Shown here piece by piece: positions 46,600 through 56,559 of a DNA stretch of 64,000 nucleotides; within the stretch, counting starts at the first letter, position 1; each line of letters opens with the position of its first letter. The notes under the pieces were generated by a model that was not told the DNA's origin, ran no database searches, and saw only the letters and a program-made list of their open reading frames with translations. The stretch lies in NCBI GenBank assembly GCA_963755215.1, contig CAVWIW010000014.1:14347-78346 (forward strand), written 5' to 3'. This stretch comes from an uncultured Thermoleophilaceae bacterium (GTDB lineage: Bacteria; Actinomycetota; Thermoleophilia; Solirubrobacterales; Thermoleophilaceae). A program made the translations under genes and the position numbers.

Positions 46600-47403
46600 A
46601 TGCGCACCCCCTCGGAGCTGACCCTCTCCCATGACCGGACCGGCTCCGGGCCGGCGCTGGTGCTCGTGCACCCGCTCGGTGCCGATCGCGGTGTGTGGGA
46701 GCCCGTCACGCCCCTGCTCACCCCTCATCACGAGGTGATCGCCATGGACATGCCCGGCTTCGGCGAGTCCCCAGAGCTGCCGGCCGACGTGCCGCCGACC
46801 GCCGCCGGGATCGCGGCCGCCATCGCCGCCACGCTGGACTCCCTGGGCGTCGACCGCGCCCATGTCTCCGGCATCTCGCTGGGGGGCTGGGTGGCGCTGG
46901 AGTTCGCCAGGACCGACCGCTGCCTGAGCATCAGCGGGCTCTGCTCGGCCGGCTTGTGGCCGCGGCCGCTCGGGCCCCGCCCGGAGGTGGCGCGCAGCAC
47001 GGCCCTCGGACTGGCGCCCCTCCTGCGCCCGCTGCTATCGACCGCGGCCGGCCGCCGCCTGCTGCTCAGCCGCGTAATCGCCCGGCCCGAGCGCGTGCCG
47101 CCGAGCGCGGCGTACCGCCTCGTTCGCTCCTATGCGAGCGCGGCCGGGTTCGAGCGCGCCAACGCCGAGATGCGCAAGACCGTGTTCGACGGCTTCGACG
47201 AGATCGACGTGCCCGTGACGCTCGCGTGGGCCGAGCACGACCGCCTCGTTCGCGCGCCGCGGAGCGTGCCTGCCGGGGTCGAGACGGCCTTCCTGCGCGG
47301 GTGCGGCCACGTGCCAACGTGGGACGACCCGGAGCAGGTGGCGGGCGTGATCCTGGCGGGCATCGGGCGCGCCGAAAGCAGTTCCGGCGCGCTGTCCGCC
47401 TGA
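46600..47403 (+). CDS. alpha/beta hydrolase
   Basis: LVLVHPLG, nucleophile elbow GISLGG, and C-terminal GCGHVPTWDDPE. Confidence 0.8.
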   Translation: MRTPSELTLSHDRTGSGPALVLVHPLGADRGVWEPVTPLLTPHHEVIAMDMPGFGESPELPADVPPTAAGIAAAIAATLDSLGVDRAHVSGISLGGWVALEFARTDRCLSISGLCSAGLWPRPLGPRPEVARSTALGLAPLLRPLLSTAAGRRLLLSRVIARPERVPPSAAYRLVRSYASAAGFERANAEMRKTVFDGFDEIDVPVTLAWAEHDRLVRAPRSVPAGVETAFLRGCGHVPTWDDPEQVAGVILAGIGRAESSSGALSA

Positions 47404-47436
47404 CGGCCTCAAGGGCGCGCGCGTACCCTTCGAGGC

Positions 47437-47793
47437 ATGCCCGAGCCACTCGCCTGTTCCCTGGGCTCCGCTGCGCTGGGCGATCGCGCGCGCCAGCTGG
47501 CCGAGGTCGGGCGGAGGGGCCTGCTGGACTCCGCGCTGTCCGGCAACCGCGCGGTGCTCACCTGGGATCCGGCGGCCCGCGACGACGTGCGCGCCCTGAT
47601 GGCCGCCGAGGCCGAGTGCTGCCCCTTCTTGGACATGCGGCTGGTGGAAGGCGCGCGCGCGATCGAGCTTGTCGTGGAGGCGCCCGCCGGAGCTGAGCCG
47701 GTGCTCGCCGACCTCGTGGCGGCGGTGGGCGGAGGAGCCGCTGAGGCAGCCGGCGACGTTGGACGAAGACAGCCTAGGTACACCTCGTCCTGA
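47437..47793 (+). CDS. hypothetical Cys-motif protein
   Basis: 118-aa ORF with an N-terminal ACSL and an internal AEAECCPFLD motif. I recall this pattern from uncharacterised actinobacterial proteins, but no family name can be given. Confidence 0.45.
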   Translation: MPEPLACSLGSAALGDRARQLAEVGRRGLLDSALSGNRAVLTWDPAARDDVRALMAAEAECCPFLDMRLVEGARAIELVVEAPAGAEPVLADLVAAVGGGAAEAAGDVGRRQPRYTSS

Positions 47794-47819
47794 ACAGGAC
47801 TCGAACGAAAGGACGCACC

Positions 47820-48149
47820 ATGGCCCAGTCGACAGATGAGACTCCCCTCCTCGACCTGCTCAAGGACATGACCGCGAGCTCGCTTGACGCGACGAACCTC
47901 GATGAGCAAACGCTCATGCTCGTTCGCCTCGCGGCGCTTGTGGCCGGCGGCGCCCCGCCGGTCTCGTACGGGATGAACCTCGAAGCGGCAGCTGAGGTAG
48001 GTCTCGACGCCGAGCGCGTCCGCGACGTGCTTGCAGCGATCGCACCGATCGTCGGCACGGCGCGGGTCGTCGCGGCGACGACCAGCATCGCTAAGGCACT
48101 CGCGCTCGAGATCGAGCTCGCGGAGCTCGATCAGCAAGGCATGCAGTAG
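47820..48149 (+). CDS. carboxymuconolactone decarboxylase (AhpD-like) family protein
   Basis: 109-aa ORF. LDEQTLMLVRLAALVAGGAP...AIAPIVGTARV is typical of short CMD-family proteins. Local GC looks lower. Confidence 0.7.
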   Translation: MAQSTDETPLLDLLKDMTASSLDATNLDEQTLMLVRLAALVAGGAPPVSYGMNLEAAAEVGLDAERVRDVLAAIAPIVGTARVVAATTSIAKALALEIELAELDQQGMQ

Positions 48150-48179
48150 CGGCAACGGCGGGCGCCGCCGGCCCGTCTT

Positions 48180-48616
48180 TCACCGAGGCGCCGTGGGGGG
48201 ACCCTCCTCCGCGGCGCCCTGGGCCGGCTCGGCCACTACAGCTGGCTCACTCGATCGCCGACGCCCCCTCAGCCGCGGTCGCGTGCGGCCGTCCTCGCGC
48301 TTCAGCCGGATGTACTGCTCCGCAACCGAGGTCAGCAGGGCGACGAGTACGCCGAACCCGGTGAGGATGTAGACGATCGTAAAGATCTGCGTCCCGGCGG
48401 ACGTCGGGGAGAAGTCTCCGTAACCAACAGTCGTCAGCGTCGCGATGCAGAAGTAGAGGGACTCGATGATGGTCCAGTCCTCGAAGCGCCAGTAAAGAGC
48501 GTCCCCGTTAGCACCAAGGCGCCCGCGACAGCGGGCAGCGCCTTGGTCTCGGGATCGCGCCAGACCGCCGCAAGGGCCCGGCCAAGCTCCCGCGCCGCTA
48601 AGAGAAGCGGAATCAT
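48180..48616 (-). pseudogene. two-TM potassium channel, one frame break
   Basis: MIPLLLAARELGRALAAVW...LVLTGTLF continues in another frame as YWRFEDWTIIESLYFCIATLTTVGYGDFSP (TVGYGD selectivity filter). The break is at an A/T run near 48495, consistent with one missing T. Confidence 0.7.
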
Positions 48617-48623
48617 CGGCGCC

Positions 48624-49133
48624 CTAGCTCGCGTCGTCTCGCGCCGCCGTGTCGATCTCGCGCTCGAGCTCGTCGGCATCGGCCTCGATCTGTTTCTCGA
48701 TGAGCTTGTTGGCGCGCTTGGTCGCCTTCTCGAGCTGCTCCTCGATCTTCGACTCGCCGAGCACGATCACGGCGGCGGTGCCCGCCTCGAGCTCGTCACC
48801 GAGGTCCTTGAGGTCGCCGCGCGAGATGCCTTTCGTGAGGTGCCCCGTCAGGCCCCCCGCGCCCGCGCCGACAATCGCGCTGCCGAGCACCGCGGGCGGG
48901 AAGATCATCCCGACCAGCGCGCCGACCGCGGCCCCCGTCCAGGCGCCGTGCTGCGTCGGCTTCTCGGTCTTCGTCACGCGGACCTTGCCGTCCTCTTCCT
49001 TTCGGATCACCGCCGAGTCGAAGGTCCCGATCGCCCCCCCGGCGTGAAGGTCGAAGACGGCCTCGTAGTCAGCCTCGGCATCCGCGATCTCGTCATAGAT
49101 AGCGGCGTAGAGAAACACGGGTCGGTCGGACAT
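48624..49133 (-). CDS. DUF1269-like membrane protein
   Basis: ATG at 49133 with AAAGGAA upstream. An N-terminal soluble part (VFLYAAIYDEIADAEADYEAV) is followed by the Gly-rich TM pair GAAVGALVGMIFPPAVLGSAIVGAGAGG. Confidence 0.65.
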   Translation of the reverse strand: MSDRPVFLYAAIYDEIADAEADYEAVFDLHAGGAIGTFDSAVIRKEEDGKVRVTKTEKPTQHGAWTGAAVGALVGMIFPPAVLGSAIVGAGAGGLTGHLTKGISRGDLKDLGDELEAGTAAVIVLGESKIEEQLEKATKRANKLIEKQIEADADELEREIDTAARDDAS

Positions 49134-49155
49134 GGCGGTTCCTTTCGTCGGGCCC

Positions 49156-50568
49156 TCACAGGCCGGTTTCTGCCGCGAGCCGGCCAGACGCGACGGCTTC
49201 CCGCAGCGCGTTGTAGTCACGCTCGTTCTGGTCGGCGTAGGCCTCCGCAAACGAAGCCAACGCACGGTCGAAGCTGTCGCCCCTGCCGAGATAGCTTGCG
49301 ATGGCGATCGCGTCACCCGAGCGAGCGTGCGCCGTCGCGAGCGCGTTGCCGCAGAGCTTCGCGTACATCGTCATCGCCCGCCGGTCCATCATCTCGACCA
49401 GCGCTGAGCCCTTCCCGTCCCAGAGCTGGCGAACGTAGAAGTCGCGGCTCACGCCGTCCAGGCCATCCACCCGGATCCAGCCGAGCATGATGTCGCTGGC
49501 GGCTTGCGTCAGCCGCTGCCCCTCGACGACCCGCTGACCGTGCTTGGCAAACGTGCTCTTGCCGAGAAACGGCTCGAGCACCGATGCCCCCGCCTCCTTG
49601 AGCTGCAGGAACAGCGGATCGTCCTCGCCCCGGCCGAGCATCAGGACGATCCACGCCCGGCTGCCCACACTTCCAACGCCCACAACCTTGTGCGCCGCGT
49701 GGACGTAGCGAAAGCGCTCGAGCAGCTGCCGGCGGTCGGCGCTCAGGGTGCGCCGATAGGAGCGGATCACTCCATGTACGAAGTCCTCGAGCTCAACCCC
49801 TTCTGCGCTCGACAGCGCCTCCTCGATTGGCACGATGAGCGGCGGGTCGCTCACGATCCTGGGCTCGCCGTCGACGAGCTCCGTGAGCTTGGCAAGTGCC
49901 CTCAAGCTGTCCTTCGACCGCGCCTTCGCGACGTTGCGCTCGAATCGCTTCCGCTGCTTTCTGGAGCCCTGCTGAGCCGCTAGCTCGGCGATCTCATCCA
50001 CGTCGATGCGGGAGTACCAGAGGTCGAGGTTGGACATCGCGGCGAAGCTCCTGATCGCCTCGCGATACGAACGCGTAACGGTCCGATTGATCGACCGCCG
50101 CTGCCTGGCGTCGAAGCCTCGGTCGCGGCCGGCCACGGCAAAGCTGGCCACGAGACGCTTCACGTCCCACTCGAACGGACCCGGGAGCGTCTCGTCGAAG
50201 TCATTGAGGCTGAACATGAGCCGCCGATCGGGCCCGGCGAAGGCGCCGAAGTTGGACAAGTGCGCGTCGCCACAGAGCTGCACGTCCAGCCCGGTCCGAG
50301 GCGCGCCTGCAAGGTCGGCCGCCATCGGGTAGGCCGCCCCGCGGAAGAACGTGAACGGTGACACCAGCATCCGCCCATAGCGGATCGGTACGAGCTCGGG
50401 CACCCGAGAGGCTGCCTGCTCTTCGAGCAGGTCTACCGGATCACGCCGATCAGAGGCGGGCTCCCATTCGCCCTGCTCGGAGCGCGGCGCCGCCGACCTT
50501 GCTGCCTTGCCCCTAGCCGCCCGCTCCGCGACCGTGGGGTGGGGTACCGCTTTCGGCACGTTCGCCAT
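49156..50568 (-). CDS. DUF2252 family protein
   Basis: ATG at 50568 with AAGGGAG upstream. RYGRMLVSPFTFFRGAA, CGDAHLSNFG and NDFDETLPGPFEWDVKRL are characteristic (from memory). Confidence 0.8.
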   Translation of the reverse strand: MANVPKAVPHPTVAERAARGKAARSAAPRSEQGEWEPASDRRDPVDLLEEQAASRVPELVPIRYGRMLVSPFTFFRGAAYPMAADLAGAPRTGLDVQLCGDAHLSNFGAFAGPDRRLMFSLNDFDETLPGPFEWDVKRLVASFAVAGRDRGFDARQRRSINRTVTRSYREAIRSFAAMSNLDLWYSRIDVDEIAELAAQQGSRKQRKRFERNVAKARSKDSLRALAKLTELVDGEPRIVSDPPLIVPIEEALSSAEGVELEDFVHGVIRSYRRTLSADRRQLLERFRYVHAAHKVVGVGSVGSRAWIVLMLGRGEDDPLFLQLKEAGASVLEPFLGKSTFAKHGQRVVEGQRLTQAASDIMLGWIRVDGLDGVSRDFYVRQLWDGKGSALVEMMDRRAMTMYAKLCGNALATAHARSGDAIAIASYLGRGDSFDRALASFAEAYADQNERDYNALREAVASGRLAAETGL

Positions 50569-50656
50569 GCTGTCGCTCCCTTCAGGCCGGGCGAGATCTC
50601 GTATAGCTCTGGCATATGCCGTCGGTTCCAATGGAACCAGCCCTAAGCCGGCGGGT

Positions 50657-50715
50657 CGTCATCCAGTTGGGATGAAATCCCGGCCGCGCGATTTCATCCC
50701 AACGGGGCGATGACG
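50657..50715. repeat. long inverted repeat / stem-loop
   Basis: Perfect 13-bp arms TTGGGATGAAATC (50667..50679) and GATTTCATCCCAA (50690..50702), nested inside 7-bp arms CGTCATC/GATGACG. It lies between the PAP2 stop and the DUF2252 start. Confidence 0.5.
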
Positions 50716-50777
50716 CTCCCTCGTCGATGTTGGAGGGTTGTCTCCAAGTGTTTTGGCTTTCCATACGCCCTCACCGC

Positions 50778-51369
50778 CTACAGCACCCGCCAGCCCCCGG
50801 TCATGTGGGTCGTGAGTTGCGCGAGTGCGGTGCCGATCAGGGCGCCGGCCAGCACGTCGGCGGGGTAGTGGACGCCGGTGTGGACGCGCGAGTAGGCGAC
50901 CAGGCCGGCGAGTGCGCGCAGCGGGACGGCGGCCGTCGGCGACACGTGCCCGACGCCGGTGGCGAACGCGAAGGCGGCGGCGGAGTGCCCCGAGGGAAAC
51001 GAGCGCGAGCTCGGCATCCGCACGTGGCGGGCGAGCGGGACGTCACCGGCCAGGCGGTCAGGGCGTCGGCGCCGCGCGAGCCGTTTGACAGCGACGTTGA
51101 CCACGGCCGCGGTGACTCCGAGCGAGGCGAGGCCCCGGGTGGCCGCGCGGCGGCCGGTGCTTCCTCCGGCGAGTGCGAGCAGCACGGCAGAGGTCAGCGA
51201 GAGGCGCGAGTAGTCGGCGGCGCGCGAGAGGCGGCTCATCGCTGCGATCGAGCGCGGGTGTCGGGGTGCGGGCGATGGCGGCGTAGATCGCGAGATCGAG
51301 GAGCTCGGCGTCCTCGATCCAGGCAGGTCGGCGCGGCCGGTGGGCCGCGGATTCGACGTTGGTGCTCAC
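50778..51369 (-). pseudogene. PAP2 family lipid phosphatase, one frame break
   Basis: C-terminal part carries PSGHSAAAFA and SRVHTGVHYPADV motifs. The family-like N-terminus (GTG at 51369, LDLAIYAAIARTPTPALDR) is in another frame. The break is near 51240. Confidence 0.7.
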
Positions 51370-51383
51370 CGAGGTTGGATCCT

Positions 51384-52701
51384 ATGAGGCGGCAGCAGAT
51401 TGCGGCGATCGTCGCGTTGATAGTGGGGGTGGCCGCAGTGGCACTTGCGGTGTTTGTGGCGGTGAGCGAGTTCCCGCGCGGGTTGGGCCTGTTGGCGTGT
51501 GTCGTGGTCGCCGGCGCGGCGGCGTGGTATGGGGTGCTGCGGCGCGGGGCTGCGCGGGTGGCGGGGCTGACCGTCGCGGTGGTGGCGCTCGCCGGCGCCG
51601 TCGTGTTGCTGGTGGTGGAGGGGGCGCCGTTCGCCGACCTGCTCGTGGTGGCGGGTCTGCTGGTGTCGCTGGCGGCGGCGCGTGCCGCGTTTGCCGTCCA
51701 CGTGGATCTGCCGGGCGCGCCTGCGCCCCAGCAGCCGGTGCTGTTCTTCAACCCGCGCTCGGGTGGCGGCAAGGCAGAACGTTTCGCGCTCGCCGAGGAG
51801 GCACGCGCTCGAGGCATCGAGCCGATCGAGCTGAAGCCGGGCGACGACCTCGAGACGCTCGTCCGCGGGGCCGTGGAGCGCGGCGCCGACGGGCTCGCGA
51901 TGGCCGGCGGCGACGGCTCGCAGGCGATCGTCGCGGCGGTCGCGGCCGAGCACGGGCTGCCGTACGCATGTGTGCCCGCCGGCACGCGCAACCACTTCGC
52001 CCTCGACCTCGGCGTCGACCGCGACGACGTCGTCGGAGCCCTCGACGCGTTCGTCGACGGCGGCGAGCGCATCGTCGACCTGGCCGAGGTCAACGGTCGG
52101 GTGTTCGTCAACAACGTCTCGCTCGGGCTCTACGCCGAAGCCGTCCAGCGAGAGGGCTATCGCGACGCGAAGCTGCGCACGCTGCTCGACACCGTTCCGG
52201 ACATGCTGGGCCCGGGCGGCGGCGAGCTCGCCCTGCGCTGGACCGGCCCCAGCGGGCACGCACACCACGCCGGTGCGATGGTGCTCGTCTCCAACAACCG
52301 CTACCGGCTAGGCCGAGCGGTCGGCTCGGGTACTCGGCCGCGGATCGACGAAGGCCTGCTCGGCGTCACGGTCGTCGGCGAGCCTTCGGAGCGCAGCGAG
52401 GGCGGGCGGCGGTTGCAGCGGCCGTGGCGCGAGTGGTCGGCGCCCGAGCTTCGAGATCGACGCCGACCGCCCCATCCCCGCCGGCATCGATGGTGAGGCG
52501 CTCATGCTCGACCCACCGCTCCACTTTCAAATCCATCCGGGAGTCCTGCGCGTGCGGATCGCACGCAAGCACCCGGGTGCCTCGCCCTCGGCCATGACTC
52601 CCGAAGGAAGCTGGGCGGGCGTGCTGCGAGGTCGCGCGAATCGCGCGCGGCCACCAGAAACCCGACAACATCAACGACCAAGGAGGCCCGAATGGACCTG
52701 A
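51384..52701 (+). pseudogene. diacylglycerol-kinase-family lipid kinase with N-terminal TM segments, one frame break
   Basis: ATG at 51384. Three to four TM segments, then VLFFNPRSGGGKA, AMAGGDGSQA and PAGTRNHFALDLG. The C-terminus continues in another frame (SFEIDADRPIPAGIDGEALMLDPPLHFQIHPGVLRVR) after a break near 52446. Confidence 0.75.
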
Positions 52702-52910
52702 TGGAAATCACCGAGAAGGAACGGCTCAGCCGCAAAGACGCCGCCGCCCGCCTCCGCGCCCTCGCCACCGCGCTCGCCAAGGACAACGAGATCAAGTTCG
52801 AGCGCGGGGGGCTGCACTTCAAGGTGCACGTGCCCGACGAGGTCGACTTCAAGCTCGAGATCGAGATCGACGAAAAGGAAAGGGAGCTCGAAATCGAGCT
52901 CAAATGGTGA
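52692..52910 (+). CDS. amphi-Trp domain-containing small protein
   Basis: 72-aa ORF. LSRKDAAARLRALATALAKDNEIKFERGG...KVHVPDEVDFKLEIEIDEKERELEIELKW matches the amphi-Trp pattern (from memory). Confidence 0.65.
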   Translation: MDLMEITEKERLSRKDAAARLRALATALAKDNEIKFERGGLHFKVHVPDEVDFKLEIEIDEKERELEIELKW

Positions 52911-53070
52911 TCAGCCCGATGCCTCCCTCCGCTCACGGTCATAAGGCGAGCAGCCGCGGCTGGAGATCTTGGCGCTGAGTGGAAACCGCCTCGGCGCCCG
53001 GCCCGACATGTGTTACGGTCGGCCTTGTCGCCAGCCCGGCGCGTGGGCTTAAAGACGGAGGAGGTCCTGG

Positions 53071-55152
53071 ATGCAGTTCAAGTGGCGGCAGGGGTTTTCG
53101 TTTAGGCACGGAGTGTCGTTGGCAGCGACGGTCGCGGCTGTGATGCTGGCCCTGCCTGCGATCGCCGTCGCCCACCTCGAGCGGCCCTCCTACTGGCCCG
53201 ACCCGGCCCCCGACAACACCGTCACTCCGCCGGCCGGGGGTGAAGTGCCCGAGGCGCGCTCGCTGAAGTCGGCACCGGGCGGCGCCGGCCCGGGCGATGT
53301 GCTGGTGGTCTGCAAGGGCACGCAAAAGGGCAAGGGCAAGAACGGGGCGCAGTCACTGGCCCTTCTTCGCAGCTCAGTGAGCGAGGCCCGCAGGAAGGGC
53401 TATCGCCTCCGGCCGAGCCAGCCGAAGATCAAGCTTTCCAAGAAGGAGGCGGACCGGCTGCTAGCAATCAACGCCGCACTGGCGCGGCAGTGCCGCTACG
53501 ACTCGGTCCAGCGGGCGGTCCGCGACGCGGGCAACAACGACCGGGTCCTGATCATGCCCGGCCACTACACCGAACCAGAGTCACGCAGCGCTCCGGAGAA
53601 CGACCCGACGTGCAACCCCAGCCTGCTCCAGAGGGACGCCAGCGGCGATCTCACCCCGAGCTACGAGTATCAGGTCACGTGTCCCAACGACCAGAACCTG
53701 ATCTACGTGCAGGGGCGCGCGGTGGTGGGCGACCCGCTGGTGCCGCCGCTCGCGAACCGCCAGGGGATCCCGGCTCAGGAGCTGGGCCCGTGCGTGCGGT
53801 GCAACCTGCAGATTGAGGGCACCGGCCCGAAGCCCGAGGACGTGATCCTCGACGCGGGCACCGACTATGAGGGTACGGGTGCGGCAGCGAAGCCCGGCGG
53901 CTACGCCAAGCACGTCGTCCTACGAGTGGACCGCGCCGATGGCTTCGTCGGGCGCAACTTCCTCGCGCGCGGGGCGCGGGAGCACACCTTCTACAACGAG
54001 GAGGTCGACGGCATCTTGCTCGACCGCGTCAAGTTCTTCTGGGGCGCGGACTACGGCCACCTCTCCTTCACCTCCGATCACAACCTCGTCGAGAACTGCG
54101 AGGGGCTCGGCGCAGGCGACGCGGTCGTATACCCGGGCGCGGCTCCGGAGACCGGCTCCCAGGCCACGGACTTTTATCCGGACGCGCCTCGGCCCAACAG
54201 CGTCATCAGGGACTGCGACCTGCACGGCTCCACGCTCGGCTACTCGGGCTCGATGGGCAACGCGGTCCGCATCACCCGCAACCACATCTACGGCAACACG
54301 ACCGGGATCTCGAGCGACACGCTCTCGGCCGCGGGTCATCCCGGCTTCCCGGCCGACAGCTCGCAGATCGACCACAACTACATCTACTCGAACAACCTCG
54401 ACCTCTACACGGAGAACCCGCCGGTCGACCCGCTGGTCGGAGTGCCGATCGGGACCGGGATCATCTACCCCGGAATGAACGACGCCCGCGTCCACGACAA
54501 CTGGATCTTCGACAACTGGCGCGACGGCGCGATGCTGTTCGCCGTTCCGGACGCGTTCACCAACGGTGGCGGCGCCGAAGGCGACATCTTCCCCGGCGTG
54601 TCATGCCCGGGCGCGCCGGCAAACGGGTTCTCGACCTCGTGTGGCAACCAGTTCTTCCGCAACCGTGTCGGCAGGGCGCCGAAGGGCTTCCGCTTCCCGG
54701 ATGCGATCGACATGTTCGGCAACGCACACGCCCACGACGACGCGAGGCCGAGGAAGCCGAACGGCAACGACTTCTGGTGGAGCGAGCTCTTCAGCTCCAA
54801 CACGGGAAACTGCTGGTTCAACAACACGGGCTTCGACGGGACCGCGGCCACCGTCACGGGGCCGGGCCAGGCCGGGCGGCTCCCGGCAGACCCGCCCCAG
54901 CTACTGCCGTCGAACTGTGCCACCAGCGTCGGTAACAACGACGGCGCCAAACTCGTCTATCTGGTCGACTGCGGGAACGGTCCCGACGAGGACACCGGGC
55001 CAACGGACTGCGACTGGTGGACCCTGCCGCCCAAGCCCGGCACCGCGCCCGCACAGAGCACGGAGCTGAGCCGAGCCAGGGCCGCGCGAGCGTTCGAGGA
55101 GTCGCCGGAGGCCGACGCGCTGAGGAAACGGGTCGCCGAGCTGACCCCTTGA
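53071..55152 (+). CDS. secreted right-handed parallel beta-helix repeat protein
   Basis: GGAGGAGG SD and signal MQFKWRQGFSFRHGVSLAATVAAVMLALPAIAVA. Repeated N-x-I/V-x-x-N segments (ITRNHIYGNTTGIS, IDHNYIYSNN, VHDNWIFDN). Confidence 0.75.
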   Translation: MQFKWRQGFSFRHGVSLAATVAAVMLALPAIAVAHLERPSYWPDPAPDNTVTPPAGGEVPEARSLKSAPGGAGPGDVLVVCKGTQKGKGKNGAQSLALLRSSVSEARRKGYRLRPSQPKIKLSKKEADRLLAINAALARQCRYDSVQRAVRDAGNNDRVLIMPGHYTEPESRSAPENDPTCNPSLLQRDASGDLTPSYEYQVTCPNDQNLIYVQGRAVVGDPLVPPLANRQGIPAQELGPCVRCNLQIEGTGPKPEDVILDAGTDYEGTGAAAKPGGYAKHVVLRVDRADGFVGRNFLARGAREHTFYNEEVDGILLDRVKFFWGADYGHLSFTSDHNLVENCEGLGAGDAVVYPGAAPETGSQATDFYPDAPRPNSVIRDCDLHGSTLGYSGSMGNAVRITRNHIYGNTTGISSDTLSAAGHPGFPADSSQIDHNYIYSNNLDLYTENPPVDPLVGVPIGTGIIYPGMNDARVHDNWIFDNWRDGAMLFAVPDAFTNGGGAEGDIFPGVSCPGAPANGFSTSCGNQFFRNRVGRAPKGFRFPDAIDMFGNAHAHDDARPRKPNGNDFWWSELFSSNTGNCWFNNTGFDGTAATVTGPGQAGRLPADPPQLLPSNCATSVGNNDGAKLVYLVDCGNGPDEDTGPTDCDWWTLPPKPGTAPAQSTELSRARAARAFEESPEADALRKRVAELTP

Positions 55153-55178
55153 CCCGCGTCAGCCGCAGCGGCAGGACC

Positions 55179-55566
55179 ATGCTCGTACTCGTCGCTGCCG
55201 CGGTCGCCTTGCCGGCGTGCGGCGGCGGCGGACAAGGGGACAACCCGTGAGGACGGACCCGTCGACATCCGGGGCGTCGGCCTAGTGAGTGGAAATTCGA
55301 CGGCCCAGTTCGCGAACTGCCGGGACTGGCGCCGCGGATCCGTGGAGCAGCGCCACGCGACAATCGATGACATCCGCGGGCAGCTCACCCCCCAGCGCTC
55401 GCGATCGGCCGAGTCCGACCTCTCCGACGAGGCGGCCTACAAGCTCTTCCAACACGCGTGCGCCGCCAAGTTCTCCGACAAGCTGCGGCTCTACAAGCTC
55501 TATGCCCACGCCCAGGCCTTCGCGCCGCTCACCAAGGACGCGGGCGAAGCGGAGCCGGCGCCCTAA
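55179..55566 (+). pseudogene. small lipoprotein, probable frame break just after the lipobox
   Basis: MLVLVAAAVALPACGGGG stops after 23 codons. The open frame of ORF 55285..55566 extends upstream to the same GGC repeat (GGGDKGTTREDGPVDIRGVGLVSGNSTAQF...). The break is near 55228. Confidence 0.4.
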
Positions 55567-55596
55567 GGATCGGCTACGCGTCGGAGGCTGGCTGGG

Positions 55597-56031
55597 CTAG
55601 TCGCAGTCGACGGGCGCGTACGCCGTGCGGAACGCTGTGGCGAGATCGTCGAGCGCGGCACCCAAGCTCGCGCCGGCTTCCTCGCCGCTCGTCGCGCCCG
55701 AGATGACCTCCTTGGCCGTGGTCTCAAGCTCTGAGCGGAAGCGCTTCCCCGCCTCCTCGACCTCCTGTTGTCGGTCTGGCTCGAGATCGCCTTGCTCGGC
55801 GGCGATTTTCTCCAGGTCATCCTGGATCGCCCGGAGGTTGTTCCTCACCCCGTCGATGCTCGCGGTAGTGATTGTGAGCCCGGCAAGGTCGTCCACTCGC
55901 CGCTCGATGTCCGCACGAGCGTCGCAGACCTCGTTCTGTGCCTTCTCTTCCTCGGACTCGCCACAAGCGACCAGCAGCGCGGCCGACGCAAGCACTGCGA
56001 CGACGACCGATCTCGCCCGGGCTGTTGTCAA
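55597..56031 (-). CDS. lipoprotein of unknown function (helical, acidic)
   Basis: Signal plus lipobox MTTARARSVVVAVLASAALLVAC. The remainder is charged and helical. Confidence 0.6.
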   Translation of the reverse strand: MTTARARSVVVAVLASAALLVACGESEEEKAQNEVCDARADIERRVDDLAGLTITTASIDGVRNNLRAIQDDLEKIAAEQGDLEPDRQQEVEEAGKRFRSELETTAKEVISGATSGEEAGASLGAALDDLATAFRTAYAPVDCD

Positions 56032-56107
56032 TCGATCGGAGAGCAGGCGGCAAGCCTGACAGGCGCGGCCGGGCGCGACAAGGGTGCCCGGGCCCTGGTG
56101 GAGTGCG

Positions 56108-56524
56108 TCACTCCGGGAATTCGTCGCTGCGGGTCAGCAGTGCGTAGAGCACCAGGAAGTCAAGCGCGAGGACCGCCATCCCCCACAAGGGGAAGATGAA
56201 GATGACGAACACGGTCAGCATCGCGCTCAGCGACGCGCCAGCCACACCGAGCCAGAGCCCCCACTCGTTGCGGCTGAGGATGAGCACACCGGTGAACAGC
56301 TGCAGCAGCCCGACGATCAGCCACAACCAGCCCCACGCCGTGAGGTCGATCCCGTAGAGGACCTCGTTGACCTGCGCGGCGACCGTGTCGTCGTCGGTCA
56401 GCGCGGCAATCCCGCTCAGGGCGTTATACGCGCCCGCGATCAGCACCGTCACGCCCGCGAAGGTGATCCAACCGGAGCGTCTTGGGCGCTCCACCGACAT
56501 ACGGCTTGTGCGTTCCTCGGCCAT
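56108..56524 (-). CDS. DUF7144-like membrane protein
   Basis: 138-aa ORF. SGWITFAGVTVLIAG...DLTAWGWLWLIVGLLQLFTG with four TM segments. Family name from memory. Confidence 0.6.
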   Translation of the reverse strand: MAEERTSRMSVERPRRSGWITFAGVTVLIAGAYNALSGIAALTDDDTVAAQVNEVLYGIDLTAWGWLWLIVGLLQLFTGVLILSRNEWGLWLGVAGASLSAMLTVFVIFIFPLWGMAVLALDFLVLYALLTRSDEFPE

Positions 56525-56559
56525 CTAGGGGGCTCCTTCCGCGCTCGCTAATGCGGGTC

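Noticed and set aside
47404-47436. Imperfect hairpin CCTCAAGGG...CCCTTCGAGG after the alpha/beta hydrolase gene
   Set aside because: The stem needs a bulge and there is no U-tract. It is too weak to call a terminator or regulatory element.
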